DNA of 64,000 bases from Malacoraja senta (lineage: Eukaryota), in the NCBI GenBank assembly GCA_038087875.1, contig CM075989.1, positions 21,826,001 to 21,890,000 of the forward strand, written 5' to 3'. The notes beneath the pieces were generated by a model. The model had not been told where the DNA came from. It searched no databases and worked only from the letters and a program-made list of their open reading frames with translations. Below, in pieces: positions 63,405 to 64,000 of this stretch. The first letter of the stretch is position 1. Each line of letters starts with the position of its first letter. The position numbers were made by a program, and so were the translations under genes.

Positions 63405-63822
63405 GAGCAATACAGTGTGGAAACAAGCCCCTCAGCCCAACTTGCCCACACCGGCCAACATGTCCCAGCTACACTAGTCCCACCATGTTTGGTCCATATC
63501 CCTCCAAACCTGTCCTATCCATGTACCTGTCTAATTGTGTCTTAAACATTGGGATAGTCCCAGCCTCAACTACCTCTTCGAGCAGCTTGTTCCATACACC
63601 CACCACTCTTTGTGTGAAAAAGTTACCCCTCAGACTCCTATTAAATCTTTTTCCCTTCACCGTAAACCTATATCCTCTGGTCCTCGATTCACCTACTCTG
63701 AGCAAGAGACTCTGTGCATCAACCCGATCTATTCCTCTTCTGATTTTATACACCTCTAGATGATCACCCCTCATCCTCCTGCGCTCCAAGGAATAGTGTC
63801 GCAGCCGACTCAACCTCTCAAT
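63405..63822 (-). mobile_element. HER1-like CR1 3' end
   Basis: ORF 63469-63843: ERLSRL..YSLERRRMRGD.LEVYKI...FFTQRVVGVWNKL. Confidence 0.9.
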
Positions 63823-64000
63823 AGGTGACGATGTTAAGGTCAAAGAAGGGTCTCGACCTGAAACATCACCTATCCATGTTCTCCAGGGACGCTACCCAAC
63901 CTGATGAGTTACTCCAGCACTTTGTGTCCTTTTGCCAATATATTCAACTTGACTTGACATTAGGCTATGTCATAGAAGCAAAATACTCTGGTACAAGAAG

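Overview
This is vertebrate nuclear DNA, not prokaryotic. The repeat repertoire (HE1-like V-SINEs, HER1/CR1 LINEs, Penelope-like elements) points to a cartilaginous fish, probably a skate or ray; that is an inference. I found no recognisable host protein-coding exon. The window looks like a large intron or gene desert, heavily filled with nested transposable elements. These include about 40 tRNA-headed V-SINE copies, about 20 CR1-clade 3' fragments, L2 and Rex1-like tails, one 1.76-kb L1-clade 3' end, about 30 Penelope-derived pieces, Harbinger-like MITEs and a hAT end. There are also mini/microsatellites, a 200-N assembly gap and a complete RPL37 processed pseudogene. The most interesting signal is two classes of predicted self-cleaving RNA carried by retroelements. 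(1) A 137-bp TSD-flanked short retroelement (25839-25975) whose first 54 nt fold by hand into a complete minimal HDV-like ribozyme. (2) A hammerhead-like core (CTGAAGA-A-stem-GAAACGTC) in nearly every Penelope-derived copy, which also marks where these copies truncate and invert. Repeat boundaries were read by eye and are approximate (about +/-10 bp) unless a TSD is given.
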